Positions 9,686 through 19,651 of a stretch of 64,000 bases of DNA are shown here, piece by piece; position 1 is the first letter of the stretch, and each line of letters starts with the position of its first letter. The DNA is from Geopsychrobacteraceae bacterium. GTDB taxonomy: Bacteria; Desulfobacterota; Desulfuromonadia; Desulfuromonadales; Geopsychrobacteraceae. A program made the position numbers and the translations under genes. Location of the stretch: NCBI GenBank assembly GCA_963662315.1, contig OY759353.1, forward strand, positions 832,001-896,000. Reading direction: 5' to 3'. The notes beneath the pieces were generated by a model, which made no database searches, was not told the DNA's origin, and was given only the letters and a program-made list of their open reading frames with translations.

Positions 9686-10672
9686 TTAGAGCGCCTTTAT
9701 TTCAGGTTTTGGCGCAGCAACAGCCTTTAACTGATTGCACAAAGGCTTGCCGAACCCCTCAGCGGAAATCACGAAGACATCTCCCGACTCAGTTTGTACC
9801 TTGTCGGCAAAACTTAATGTTGCTGTCCCGAAAAAGTGGACATGGAGATCACCGGCACGACGGAAGCCCTGATATTTGAAATGATGATATTCAAGGTTGG
9901 ATATGTAATGACTCATATTCTGCTCACCACTGGCAAATTCCTTTTCCCACAGCACTTTGCCATCACGGTAAATACAACTTTTCCCTTTGATATCCTGCGG
10001 CAGATCACCAAGCAGAAGTTCCGGGCCGAACGAGCATTGGCGCAATTTGGAGTGAGCCAGCCACAGGTAATTCTGTTTTTCCAGAACATGATCTGAATAT
10101 TCATTGGCCAGAGCGAAACCTATGCGATAAGGAGTTCCATCATCGGCGATAAGGTAAAGACCACAAATTTCAGGTTCTTCCCCCCCGTCCTGCGCGTATT
10201 CAGGAAGTTCCAGAGCTTGCCCAGGAGCAACCAGCCAGCTGCCGTCCCCCTTATAAAACCACTCCGGCTCAACGCCGATAGTGCCGGGTTCTGGTTTTCC
10301 TCCCTCAACGCCCCATTTGAACATTTTCATCGAATCAGTCATCTGATCGGCGGCTTGCTCATGCATGGCGCTGCGGGCACTGGCGCTGCCAAGATGTGTG
10401 AGACCTGTACCGGCAAGAATCATATGGGCCGGGTCATTATGGGTAACGGGCGGAAGCAGGCAGCCTGCGTCTATGATTTCCTGATAATTGACACGTTTTG
10501 CATAACCTGTTTTCTCGATATGCTTGGCAAGAGATTCCTGGTTGGCAATCGCCTGCAGGCATAATTGGTAAGTACTATGAACATCCGCAATGACATTCAA
10601 TGAGTCACCATCAACCACGGCAACATAAGTTACGGAAGGATTATCCTTTTCAAAGAATTGAACAATACGCAT
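9686..10672 (-). CDS. AraD1/GguC family FAH-fold protein (probable 2-keto-3-deoxy-pentonate dehydratase)
   Basis: GTGLTHLGSASAR, MTDSMKMF, PEWFYKGDG, NYLWLAHSKLR and NLEYHHFKY; start moved to ATG 10672 behind AGAGGA. Confidence 0.82.
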   Translation of the reverse strand: MRIVQFFEKDNPSVTYVAVVDGDSLNVIADVHSTYQLCLQAIANQESLAKHIEKTGYAKRVNYQEIIDAGCLLPPVTHNDPAHMILAGTGLTHLGSASARSAMHEQAADQMTDSMKMFKWGVEGGKPEPGTIGVEPEWFYKGDGSWLVAPGQALELPEYAQDGGEEPEICGLYLIADDGTPYRIGFALANEYSDHVLEKQNYLWLAHSKLRQCSFGPELLLGDLPQDIKGKSCIYRDGKVLWEKEFASGEQNMSHYISNLEYHHFKYQGFRRAGDLHVHFFGTATLSFADKVQTESGDVFVISAEGFGKPLCNQLKAVAAPKPEIKAL

Positions 10673-10673
10673 G

Positions 10674-11348
10674 TTAGTTCCTCTCTTGTTCAGTAACTGC
10701 GAACGAAGGTTCATGATGAGTATTTAGATAGCTCATGTGCTGGATAAAACACTTGGCTTTTTCACGAACACTGTCGACACTGTCACCGGCCCGGTATAAG
10801 GAGGAACCCAGACCAAAACCGGCAGCGCCTGCAGTAACGTAAGCTTCCATATTTTCAAGTGAAATCCCCCCTACCGGTACCAGCATCAGGTCAGGCGGTA
10901 ATACAGCGCGCAGACCTTTTAAAACCGATGGACCCATAAGATCGGCAGGGAAAATTTTCACAGCATCTGCACCAGCATCATGCATGGCGGCAATTTCAGT
11001 CGGTGTCAGAGCACCTGGTGTGACGAACAAGCCCAGCTGTTTGGCCCGTTTGACAACATCAACCCGGGCGTAGGGTGTTACAATTATTTTTCCACCAGCC
11101 TCAGCCACAGCGTCTACTTCAGCGATACTGGTTACAGTACCGGCCCCAACCAGGGCCTGGTCAGCAAATGCCGTGGCCAGGAGTTTAATCGATGTCAGTG
11201 GCGATGGTGAATTTAAAGGAACCTCGACAATTGTCAGACCTTCCTTTATGGCGGCACCGACAACATCTACAGCTTCTTCTGGTGTAATCCCGCGGAATAT
11301 ACCGATTAGACCGGTCGTGTTGAAAAACTGTCTGAATTGATTGGCCAC
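10674..11348 (-). CDS. dgoA: 2-dehydro-3-deoxy-6-phosphogalactonate aldolase
   Basis: IFRGITP, EVPLNSP, GAGTV, KIFPA, PVGG and FGLGSSLY; follows dgoK. Confidence 0.88.
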   Translation of the reverse strand: MANQFRQFFNTTGLIGIFRGITPEEAVDVVGAAIKEGLTIVEVPLNSPSPLTSIKLLATAFADQALVGAGTVTSIAEVDAVAEAGGKIIVTPYARVDVVKRAKQLGLFVTPGALTPTEIAAMHDAGADAVKIFPADLMGPSVLKGLRAVLPPDLMLVPVGGISLENMEAYVTAGAAGFGLGSSLYRAGDSVDSVREKAKCFIQHMSYLNTHHEPSFAVTEQERN

Positions 11349-11349
11349 T

Positions 11350-12249
11350 TCAGGCTACTCCTCCAAATTTAAGTAAGGCGGCAACGCCTTTACAGGTTGC
11401 GATGTCGCTACTGAGACTGACCGCATTGATATTGTTCTCTGCTAAAGCCAGCAGATAACGCTGACACAGTTGATCCGAACCGATGACGACGACGGTATCA
11501 TTCCTGGTGAGGTAATGGGTTGCCTCATTAAGCTCATGGCCGAGCAACAGGCCTGAAATATATGAAGACACCTCAGAGGTATCGAGACGTCCATCCAGCA
11601 TTCTGGTGCGTCCGGTAAATAATTGATGCAACAAACCTCCGCAAACCTCGTCCGCAGCTGCGATTCCTTCCAGAAAAGGTTGTTCACAAAAGGGGTCACT
11701 TGCTGTACAGCCAAGAATGGTTTCACCCAGCCCCTGAAAAACATCACCGGTCATAAAGGTCGAAAAATCGATAATCGTACCATCCGTGACACGCGCCCAT
11801 TTACTGTGAGTTCCAGGCAGGCAAAGCAAGGCTGAATCAATGTTGAGATGATTTATGGCTCCGAAAATCTGGATTTCTTCCCCGCGGATGACGTCACTGC
11901 TTTTATCGCTCTTTTCGACCCTGATTCCAGGAACCAGATAACCATCGACTTGTGCAGGAAGGGCGAGCAAGGCGTCACGTAAATCTGAAATGCGCGTCGG
12001 CACCTCGCAATAAGGTGCTTCAATCCAACCATTTTTTGAACCCGCCATACCGCTGATAACGACCGTACCGACCTTATCATCCGAAAAATGGCTGACCAGT
12101 TCGGCCAGAATCTGGGGGTAGTCCTCGCGGGACAGAAACTTGATCCCGCGAGGACTGCTTATCGATTTCAGAATAGTTCCGTCCGCCTTGCATAAGTAGG
12201 CGCGTAAGTTGGTGGTTCCCCAATCAATGACTAGCATGGCTGACCTCAT
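11350..12249 (-). CDS. dgoK: 2-dehydro-3-deoxygalactonokinase
   Basis: IDWGTTNLRA, SGMAGSKNGW, DVIRGEE, LPGTHSKW and FMTG. Confidence 0.92.
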   Translation of the reverse strand: MRSAMLVIDWGTTNLRAYLCKADGTILKSISSPRGIKFLSREDYPQILAELVSHFSDDKVGTVVISGMAGSKNGWIEAPYCEVPTRISDLRDALLALPAQVDGYLVPGIRVEKSDKSSDVIRGEEIQIFGAINHLNIDSALLCLPGTHSKWARVTDGTIIDFSTFMTGDVFQGLGETILGCTASDPFCEQPFLEGIAAADEVCGGLLHQLFTGRTRMLDGRLDTSEVSSYISGLLLGHELNEATHYLTRNDTVVVIGSDQLCQRYLLALAENNINAVSLSSDIATCKGVAALLKFGGVA

Positions 12250-14408
12250 AACGGACTGGTCGCTCTTTGGTCAACCGGGTACGGAACGCACCCTTTTTCG
12301 GAACTGGATACGTCGTACATGAGGTTGCAGGCAGCTATGTCAAGCACGCGGTCTTGCATCATGGCCATGCGCTCAGCAACCATTTCAGCTCGCTCAGGCA
12401 GACTGTCGTATGGAATAACCTCCCCTTTGACCAGTCGTAGCGGATCGATAATATCCAGATGCTTTTTGCTGATCCGTAACCACATCAGGTCGCCATTATC
12501 GAGTTTACCTATACCTCCCCCATCAAACGCTTCTGGCGTGACATGGCCGATACAGGCACCTTTGGTGACCCCGGAGTAACGACCATCCGTGATGAGCAGA
12601 GATGACGCTTCGAGTAATGTATGGTGTTTCAAATTTTGCCCCGGAGCAAACATTTCAGGCATGCCGTAAGCACGAGGACCCTGACCGGCAATAACAAACG
12701 CAAAGGAGAGATAACCTTTTTTCAGCAGGCTGGTAAAATCCTCTTTAACGAACTTCGTCACCTCGCCTTTTGAATTATATTCAAGGAACTTAGATATGAC
12801 TTCTTGAGGCATTTTCTCAATCAAGGCTAAAAGATCGTCAAAGATTTTAATACTCGACATCTGATCGAGACAGGCACGTTCGTGCTCAAAATAATCAACA
12901 ATAAAAATGTGGTCATCAAAATGGGTAAGCTGCCGGTCGGTCATGCCGGCCAGCTTGACGACGCTTGAGGACATGAAGTTGCCACGCAGAACCTCCACCC
13001 CAGAGGCATCTCGAACCGGCTTGGTGCGAATAACCGATTGTTCATCAAAACCACCGACGACAGGTTCGTTAAGGTCCTTGATCCGTTCGCCCCAGGTTTG
13101 CCCGGTAACGGTGGGAGCGTCGAGATCCATATGACAGCCCAGATCCGCCAGAACCCGGTAGAGACTCTCCATACCTTTACTTTTGCCCGACGCGTATTGT
13201 TGAGCCAGGACGAAGGTGTCGCGCTTGGCGGTCAGGCTGTGGGCAAAAATTTCCGGAACCGGAGTGGCTTCGCGAATCCGTTCATAATCCCAGATCGAGA
13301 CGTCAAATCCGGCATAGCGCATTATAGCCGGCAGATGAAGCATGATATTGGAGGAACTGCCGGTTGCGTTATGAATACGTACTGCGTTGGCGAAGTTTTT
13401 GTGCAGGATATTGGTAATCCGGTATTCTTCTTTGTTCAAACAGTTCCAAAGCATATCGACACATTCGGCGACAATCTCTGGTGCCGGTGCGTCCATCAGC
13501 AATTCAGCACGTGAAGGGGTAAGTCCCAGAGCACTGACCAGTGTTCGCGATGAGTTGCCGGTGCCATTAAAAGCACACACCCCACCTTTGTGATGACAGG
13601 TTGCAGCGGCAAGATCATCCATGATGGAGCGGCATTCTTCTTCACTGATCAGCTCATAACCGACAGCACGTTTCATCAGTCCGAAAAAGGCTTCGTCAGA
13701 TGAACACTGAAGAATGTAGCGCATATTCTCCGCGATATCCCCGGCTAGATCGTCAAGCCCTTTCGCGCGGGCCCTGGTCATAATGTCCTGAAGTTTTTCT
13801 GCCGTACCTGGGCGGATTGTCCCCCCTCTTAAAACGTGGGATGGGATAAAGACTGACCAGACCGGAGAGGATCCCCTCCCCTTGTGCATGCGGGCCCGAT
13901 CTGCGGCAGCCAGACCGCTCATAACAGCTGACGGGAACTTGTCGCAACTTGAAAGAACATAGGCAGCATGGTAGGAGTGCCCCTCAAAGGTGATATTAAC
14001 CGCTGCTGCTGTATCATTTCTTGATACCAGTGAATAACTCTGGCCAATGTTGTTCTGGGCTGTTCCATCACAAATAACCGGGATAGAAAAATGGAAAGGG
14101 ACACCGCCATTTTCCCAGATTCTTAAGACGGCAAGGCTGATGTGCAAATCATCGCGCAAATGTGCGGGATGATCGATGGAGCCTGAGATAACAGCCACCC
14201 TGGGTTTGTTGTTGACCAATCGTTCGACGATATCATCAAGGGTCACTTCCCCCGGATTCAGTGCCGGGTCAATATTCCGCACAAAATCCCAGGATCTATT
14301 TATAGTATGTAAAACACAGATAGGCTCGTTGGCCAATCCCTGGATACATTCACGATAAGGGTTGAAATCTTCTTTGATAACCACATCTATTTTATATTGA
14401 TCAGACAT
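12246..14408 (-). CDS. IlvD/Edd family [Fe-S] dehydratase, divergent and long (about 720 aa)
   Basis: ICDGTAQ, SCDKFP, CAFNGTGNS, ATGSSSN, GPRAYGMPEM, TDGRYSG and GHVTPEA; start at ATG 14408 behind GAGGT; ATGA overlap with dgoK. Confidence 0.85.
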   Translation of the reverse strand: MSDQYKIDVVIKEDFNPYRECIQGLANEPICVLHTINRSWDFVRNIDPALNPGEVTLDDIVERLVNNKPRVAVISGSIDHPAHLRDDLHISLAVLRIWENGGVPFHFSIPVICDGTAQNNIGQSYSLVSRNDTAAAVNITFEGHSYHAAYVLSSCDKFPSAVMSGLAAADRARMHKGRGSSPVWSVFIPSHVLRGGTIRPGTAEKLQDIMTRARAKGLDDLAGDIAENMRYILQCSSDEAFFGLMKRAVGYELISEEECRSIMDDLAAATCHHKGGVCAFNGTGNSSRTLVSALGLTPSRAELLMDAPAPEIVAECVDMLWNCLNKEEYRITNILHKNFANAVRIHNATGSSSNIMLHLPAIMRYAGFDVSIWDYERIREATPVPEIFAHSLTAKRDTFVLAQQYASGKSKGMESLYRVLADLGCHMDLDAPTVTGQTWGERIKDLNEPVVGGFDEQSVIRTKPVRDASGVEVLRGNFMSSSVVKLAGMTDRQLTHFDDHIFIVDYFEHERACLDQMSSIKIFDDLLALIEKMPQEVISKFLEYNSKGEVTKFVKEDFTSLLKKGYLSFAFVIAGQGPRAYGMPEMFAPGQNLKHHTLLEASSLLITDGRYSGVTKGACIGHVTPEAFDGGGIGKLDNGDLMWLRISKKHLDIIDPLRLVKGEVIPYDSLPERAEMVAERMAMMQDRVLDIAACNLMYDVSSSEKGCVPYPVDQRATSPL

Positions 14409-14503
14409 AGTGTGTACCTCTGGTCTAAGTGTCAATAAGTCAACATCACCTGTGTTTCTTATTGAGTACTCCACCTGTTCCGGGCAGAGTACTTAATATT
14501 TGA

Positions 14504-15826
14504 TCAGCTACCCAGCCACAGAGAAATTCCTGGAAAGGTCAGCACCAGCCCCAGTGCAATTAACTGCATGATGATAAATGGCCAAACTGATTTGTAAATA
14601 TCATAGAGAGTTATATCCGGCGGTGCGACACTCTTTAGATAGAAGGCAGCGGGCCCGAAAGGTGGGGAAAGAAATGAAACCTGCATATTGATACAGAAGA
14701 CGACACCGAACCAGATCGGGTCATAGCCAAGAGATTTGATAATCGGGACAAATATCGGCATGGTCAGCATGACAATACCAATCCAGTCGAGGAACATGCC
14801 GAGCAGTAACAGGATAGCCATCATAATCAGGATGATGACCATGGGGTGAACATCTAGCCCAAGGATTGCCTGTTCAACAAATCGTTTACCACCCATGAGG
14901 TTATAAATACCGACCACGGCGCTGGCACCGATACCGATCCAGATGATCATACCGCAGGTGCGCATGGTCTGGCGTAAAGCTGAATGGACGATATCATGGG
15001 TCAGTTCTTTACGGATGATCGCTGAGACGATAACGCCGACAACCCCCATACAGGCCGCTTCAGTAACAGAGGCAATTCCGCCGTAAATACTCCCCAAGAC
15101 CCAGACGACGATGGTCAGTGGCAGCAGTACATCGCCACAAGCTTTCAGTTTTTCCTTAGTCGACATGGCGATTTCATTGGCCGGTGCTGGAGGTCCCATG
15201 GCAGGGTTCAGATTGCAACGAATCAGGACGTAAGAGATATACATGGAGACCAGCATGATCCCGGGAATAACGGCAGCCGTAAAAAGATCACCAATCGATA
15301 CGTTCGACGTCATACCGTACATGATCAGCACAATGCTGGGCGGTATCATCGTCCCCAGGGACCCACCGGCAACGACAGATCCGATAGCAAGGTTACGATC
15401 ATAGCCCAGACGTAGCATCTGGGGCAGAGCAAGCATACCGAGTAGAACTGTTTCACCGCCGATAATACCGGACATCGCTGCCAGTAATGCCGCAACAACA
15501 ACTGTCTGGACTCCGACCCCACCTTTCAGGCGACCGGCGATGATGCGCATGGCATTATACAAGTCCCGGGCAACACCCGTTTTATCCAGCAGACTTGCCA
15601 TGAAGACAAACATCGGTATGGCGACCAGTGAGTATTCTGTAACAAAAGAAAAAACACGTGTCCCAATCATGCCGATGGCCATCTGGCCAAACCAGCCAAA
15701 GGTAAAGAACAGGGCCACAAGTCCAGTCAAAAAACCGAGAGGCATGCCGATCAGAAGTAACGCAACCATCAGAACGAAAATCAGTAAGGTGGCAGCTCCT
15801 ATTCCCATTGCACTTAAACCCAACAT
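14504..15826 (-). CDS. dctM: TRAP transporter large permease (DctM)
   Basis: Highly hydrophobic; AIPMF, GSLGTMIPPS and SPPFGPAAFY. Confidence 0.92.
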   Translation of the reverse strand: MLGLSAMGIGAATLLIFVLMVALLLIGMPLGFLTGLVALFFTFGWFGQMAIGMIGTRVFSFVTEYSLVAIPMFVFMASLLDKTGVARDLYNAMRIIAGRLKGGVGVQTVVVAALLAAMSGIIGGETVLLGMLALPQMLRLGYDRNLAIGSVVAGGSLGTMIPPSIVLIMYGMTSNVSIGDLFTAAVIPGIMLVSMYISYVLIRCNLNPAMGPPAPANEIAMSTKEKLKACGDVLLPLTIVVWVLGSIYGGIASVTEAACMGVVGVIVSAIIRKELTHDIVHSALRQTMRTCGMIIWIGIGASAVVGIYNLMGGKRFVEQAILGLDVHPMVIILIMMAILLLLGMFLDWIGIVMLTMPIFVPIIKSLGYDPIWFGVVFCINMQVSFLSPPFGPAAFYLKSVAPPDITLYDIYKSVWPFIIMQLIALGLVLTFPGISLWLGS

Positions 15827-15831
15827 AGTCG

Positions 15832-16371
15832 CTACTCCTCTTCTCTGTAAGTTCTGATTTTTTTAATCAGATGCAAGAGCGCCTGCAGAACCAGGATACA
15901 GAAAACAACAAGGATAAAAATCTTGGTAACCGTTGGCCAGACACTGTTCATGGCAGAACCTGAACGCTGCATGTAAAGGTCGCCAGCCGGGGTAAAAATA
16001 GCCCTTGAGGTCATGTACCACATGGCATAAGTGCCACCGACAGAAAATATCAGTACGAGGAAGTCAACAAAAATGGCGATACGCTTCTGCCATTTTTTGG
16101 AAAACAGGTCACGCACCAGCTGTACGGAGATATGACTGTCGTTACTGTAACAATAGATACCACCATAGGCCATGGCCATACCGACGATTGCAATCGTGGT
16201 CTCATGCACCCACACCGTCGGGGAATTGAAGAAATAGCGCATGATAACTTCGTAAAAACTGATGACAACAGCGAGGACATAAAGCCACGTGACCACATCA
16301 CCAAGTTTTAAGATCCAACGATCCAGTGCCGTATCACACTGATCGACCAAAAGGTCTTCTTGCTCTTCCAT
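15832..16371 (-). CDS. dctQ: TRAP transporter small permease (DctQ)
   Basis: About 4 TM segments; EVIMRYFFNSPTVWVHE; lies between dctP and dctM. Confidence 0.9.
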   Translation of the reverse strand: MEEQEDLLVDQCDTALDRWILKLGDVVTWLYVLAVVISFYEVIMRYFFNSPTVWVHETTIAIVGMAMAYGGIYCYSNDSHISVQLVRDLFSKKWQKRIAIFVDFLVLIFSVGGTYAMWYMTSRAIFTPAGDLYMQRSGSAMNSVWPTVTKIFILVVFCILVLQALLHLIKKIRTYREEE

Positions 16372-16402
16372 AACAATCCCTGCCGTTAAAGAGAAAACTG
16401 TT

Positions 16403-16437
16403 AAAAAGGGTCCCTTTCATTATGTCCGGGACCCTTT
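16403..16437 (-). terminator. Terminator/attenuator hairpin between dctP and dctQ
   Basis: AAAGGGTCCC...GGGACCCTTT inverted repeat, followed by a T-run on the minus strand. Confidence 0.6.
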
Positions 16438-16453
16438 CGGTCAAGCCATTAGA

Positions 16454-17458
16454 TTACTTCTTGGACTCCCAATATTTAGCAACAGCGTCAGCCCATTCTT
16501 TGGCTATCGGAGAGTTGGACCATTTTGGCCATTGGGTTTTGGCAACTGCACGGAACTTGGCAACTTCAGACTCTGGCCAGGAAATAACTTCGATCCCTTT
16601 GGCTTTGGCTTCCTTAACAGCGGCGATATCAAGTTTGTGGTGCTCTGCCACCATATAATCACGGAAGCGTTTAACATCGTCCATGAGGATTTTCTGCAGA
16701 TCCGCAGGCAGAGACTTCCATACATCAAGGTTTAATGTCAGCTGCATAGTCGGCATGGAGTGAAAGCCCGGGTAAATCGGATAACGGGCGATGTCGTTCA
16801 TCCCCTGAGCCTGGTTGGTGGCGAAAACGGTGTAGTCAGACGCGTCAATAACGCCTTTTTCGAGCGAAGTATAAACTTCCGAACCCGGCAGGTTAACAGG
16901 GGTGGCGCCGACAGCAGCGAAAACATTGTTAACCATCCCTTGAGGAGCGCGCAGTTTGATCCCTTTCAGGTCGGCTACGCTACGGATTGGCTTTTTGGAT
17001 ACGAAAGCTTCAACACCGGTGCAGGCAACGCCAACCAATTTGACATTATATTGATTGAGGAGCTTGTCGAAAATCTCGAAACCACCACCATTTTCCATCA
17101 TATCAAACAACTGTGACGGATCACTCCAGGCACCGACCATGTTGCCAATCAGAGAGAACGCAGGATCTTTACCGGCAAAATAGGAGGGGTCGGTTGATTC
17201 CATCTGGATAATATTAGCGCCGACAGCGTCAAGCGTTTCAGTGTATTTGACAACTGAATCGGCAGGCATAATAGAGATCTCAATACGACCACCGGTATCT
17301 TCTTTTACCCATTTGGCGAACTGCTCAAGAAAACGAGTAACATCGTCCCCGGCAGCACCCGAGGTCTGAAGTGCCCAGTTATACTCTGCGGCAACTGATG
17401 TCCCGGCAAACATGGCGACTAATGCCACTACAGCCAACAACTTCTTACCAATCTTCAT
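16454..17458 (-). CDS. dctP: TRAP transporter substrate-binding protein (DctP)
   Basis: Signal peptide; DLKGIKLRAP and EVYTSLEKGVID. Confidence 0.92.
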   Translation of the reverse strand: MKIGKKLLAVVALVAMFAGTSVAAEYNWALQTSGAAGDDVTRFLEQFAKWVKEDTGGRIEISIMPADSVVKYTETLDAVGANIIQMESTDPSYFAGKDPAFSLIGNMVGAWSDPSQLFDMMENGGGFEIFDKLLNQYNVKLVGVACTGVEAFVSKKPIRSVADLKGIKLRAPQGMVNNVFAAVGATPVNLPGSEVYTSLEKGVIDASDYTVFATNQAQGMNDIARYPIYPGFHSMPTMQLTLNLDVWKSLPADLQKILMDDVKRFRDYMVAEHHKLDIAAVKEAKAKGIEVISWPESEVAKFRAVAKTQWPKWSNSPIAKEWADAVAKYWESKK

Positions 17459-17535
17459 ACATGTCTCCTTCTACTGGGTTTGTGCTTCCGATAATGGAAG
17501 CAGGTTAAGAAACATTACAAATCCGATTGTACGCG

Positions 17536-18291
17536 TTACTGCTGGTTCTGCTGGTCTAACAATATGATTCCGGTAGTTTGCAGACCAAGGTCTCTGATGG
17601 TGTTACTTAAAACCTTAGCCATGCGCAGGTAGGCTTGCTGAGAGTTGCGACTTTCAATTGCTTCAAGAACAGACCTATGAGCTTCCAGGCTGTTGAGGGT
17701 GTTTTTGGTTGCCCGGTTAGATTGATAAATAGTGTGGTAAAGCGCAGCACGAATAGTACCGCCGAACTGAGATATGAAGAGGTTGCCACTTGCTCTCATA
17801 ATCGTTTTGTGAAACTCGATATCCGCCTCATTATCCATGAATACCTCAGCACCATTGGCGCCTTCTACGCTTTCAGCCATACGTTGATAATGATGACGCA
17901 GTTCGAGCAGATTATCGTCATTAGCGCGTAATGCTGCCAATGAAGCAGCCTGGGGTTCAATAATCAGGCGCAGTTCGAGCAGAGACAGCAAAAAACGGCT
18001 TTGCGTCAGAGCCCCACAACTCCAGCCCAGCACCTCTTCATCAAGAAGGTTCCAAGAGTGAATACCCATGACACGGGTTCCAATATTGGTTTTTCGGGCA
18101 ATGAAGCCCTTACTTTCAAGAGTCTTCAAGATGTCGCGCACCATGGTCCGGCTGACACCGAAATTTTCAGATAACGCTATTTCATTCGGCAATGCCTCTT
18201 CGGTCTTAATTTTACCTTCAATTATAAGACGTGCCAGATATTCCAGAATATTTTTCTTATTTAGAGGTATTTCATCTGGTAGCGAGAACAT
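17536..18291 (-). CDS. FadR/GntR family regulator, DgoR-like
   Basis: LPNEIALSENFGVSRTMVRD HTH, WNLLD, ELRLIIEP and DIEFH. Confidence 0.88.
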   Translation of the reverse strand: MFSLPDEIPLNKKNILEYLARLIIEGKIKTEEALPNEIALSENFGVSRTMVRDILKTLESKGFIARKTNIGTRVMGIHSWNLLDEEVLGWSCGALTQSRFLLSLLELRLIIEPQAASLAALRANDDNLLELRHHYQRMAESVEGANGAEVFMDNEADIEFHKTIMRASGNLFISQFGGTIRAALYHTIYQSNRATKNTLNSLEAHRSVLEAIESRNSQQAYLRMAKVLSNTIRDLGLQTTGIILLDQQNQQ

Positions 18292-18322
18292 TTTAGTCTC
18301 CTTTAATCAACCTATCGGCTTG

Positions 18323-18337
18323 ATTTGTATTACAAAT
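18323..18337. promoter_or_regulatory. Candidate DgoR/GntR operator
   Basis: ATTTGTA-T-TACAAAT palindrome about 30 nt upstream of the regulator start; matches the TTGTA-N-TACAA form of DgoR sites. Confidence 0.7.
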
Positions 18338-18631
18338 AATAGGGGAATATTCTTATCCGTCAATATATTTTTTAAAAAAATGTTCTAATATAAAAAGAAT
18401 GAATATTCATTGCAGTGATAATATGATGATACTTGGATGGTGGAAGTTGAAAAAGAAGCGGCCGCTTACTGACCTGCCGACCAGCCCCTTCGGGTCCCCT
18501 CCCCTTCAACCCGGGTCAGATACAATCCAGCCAGCGGACATATAAGTATTAACCCCGTCTTTGATCGGTGCCAGGTTCCGCCATGAGTGGACTAGGTTCG
18601 GTTTGATCGCGGGACCAGCCTAAAGAACTGC

Positions 18632-19549
18632 TCAGGTTTCATCATAGCTCCCTTCAATCGCATGAATAAGATCAACAATCAGAGCGTTATAAGGGGTCGG
18701 TACCCCATACAGTTTTGCCTGCTCAACAACGGCACCGTTGATCTTGTCAATTTCGGTCAGCACCTTACGCTGGCGATCCTGATACATGGAGGAATAGCCA
18801 TCAGGAACATCTTCACACACCTTGCGCACCATTTCTAATGCTTCGCGCCGATCAAAGTAGGTTCCGTCGGCTTCTGCGACATCGACAGCTTCGTAAACAA
18901 CCCGGCGGGCAAAATCCCAGGCATACTTATTGCGCGCCATGTAACCAATCTTGGTTTGCAGTAGTGCGGTCAAGGTATTGATGGACATATTAATGAACAA
19001 TTTGCTCCAGATAATTCGCTGAATATCGTCGGATATGACAACTTCAAACCCAGCAGAGGATAAAATTTCTCCGGCCCTGATATCGGAACGGGAAGCGGGA
19101 TCCATGGTGCCCAGAGTCGTTGCGCCACTGGCGGTATGATGAACCTGGCCTGGCCCGAAGGTTACGCAGTTGTGTTTTGAAGTGCCGATGACGATATTCT
19201 CTTTTTCCGCAAAATTCAGAATGTCGCGGTCGTTGCCTGCTCCATTTTGCAAGGTCATGACCAGGGTGTTCTTGTTGATCAGGGATTTATTGGCGGCAAG
19301 TGCCTCATAAGTATGAATCGACTTAACAAAAACGATAAGCAGTTCAACCGCGCCGATGTCTGTTCCGCTGACAACCGCTTGTGGGTGAAAAATCTTGTCA
19401 ATCTCTCCTTCGCGCAGCAACAACCCCTTATCATTGATACTGTCGACCTGCTGGGGAGAAATATCAATCAAAGTCACGTCATGATGTTCAGAGAGGTAGG
19501 ATCCATACAGGCATCCCATAGCACCTGCACCAAGTACAGCTATTTTCAT
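18632..19549 (-). CDS. Ketopantoate reductase family protein (PanE/ApbA)
   Basis: GAGAMG, TLQNG, IWSKLFIN, SSMYQD and TEIDKINGAV. Confidence 0.88.
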   Translation of the reverse strand: MKIAVLGAGAMGCLYGSYLSEHHDVTLIDISPQQVDSINDKGLLLREGEIDKIFHPQAVVSGTDIGAVELLIVFVKSIHTYEALAANKSLINKNTLVMTLQNGAGNDRDILNFAEKENIVIGTSKHNCVTFGPGQVHHTASGATTLGTMDPASRSDIRAGEILSSAGFEVVISDDIQRIIWSKLFINMSINTLTALLQTKIGYMARNKYAWDFARRVVYEAVDVAEADGTYFDRREALEMVRKVCEDVPDGYSSMYQDRQRKVLTEIDKINGAVVEQAKLYGVPTPYNALIVDLIHAIEGSYDET

Positions 19550-19651
19550 AATTTTACCCGTCAGAAAAATTTAAAAGCGCACTTATAGGGTACCAGCAGG
19601 CAACCCGAGTATCATTCAGTTGTCACCAGGAAACTCCGAAGGACAACGGCC

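Noticed and set aside
18438..18449. TGGTGGAAGTTG as a distal att copy of the tmRNA 3' end (TGGTGGAGGTGG)
   Set aside because: Only 10 of 12 bases match, the match does not extend, and no integrase is nearby; compatible with chance
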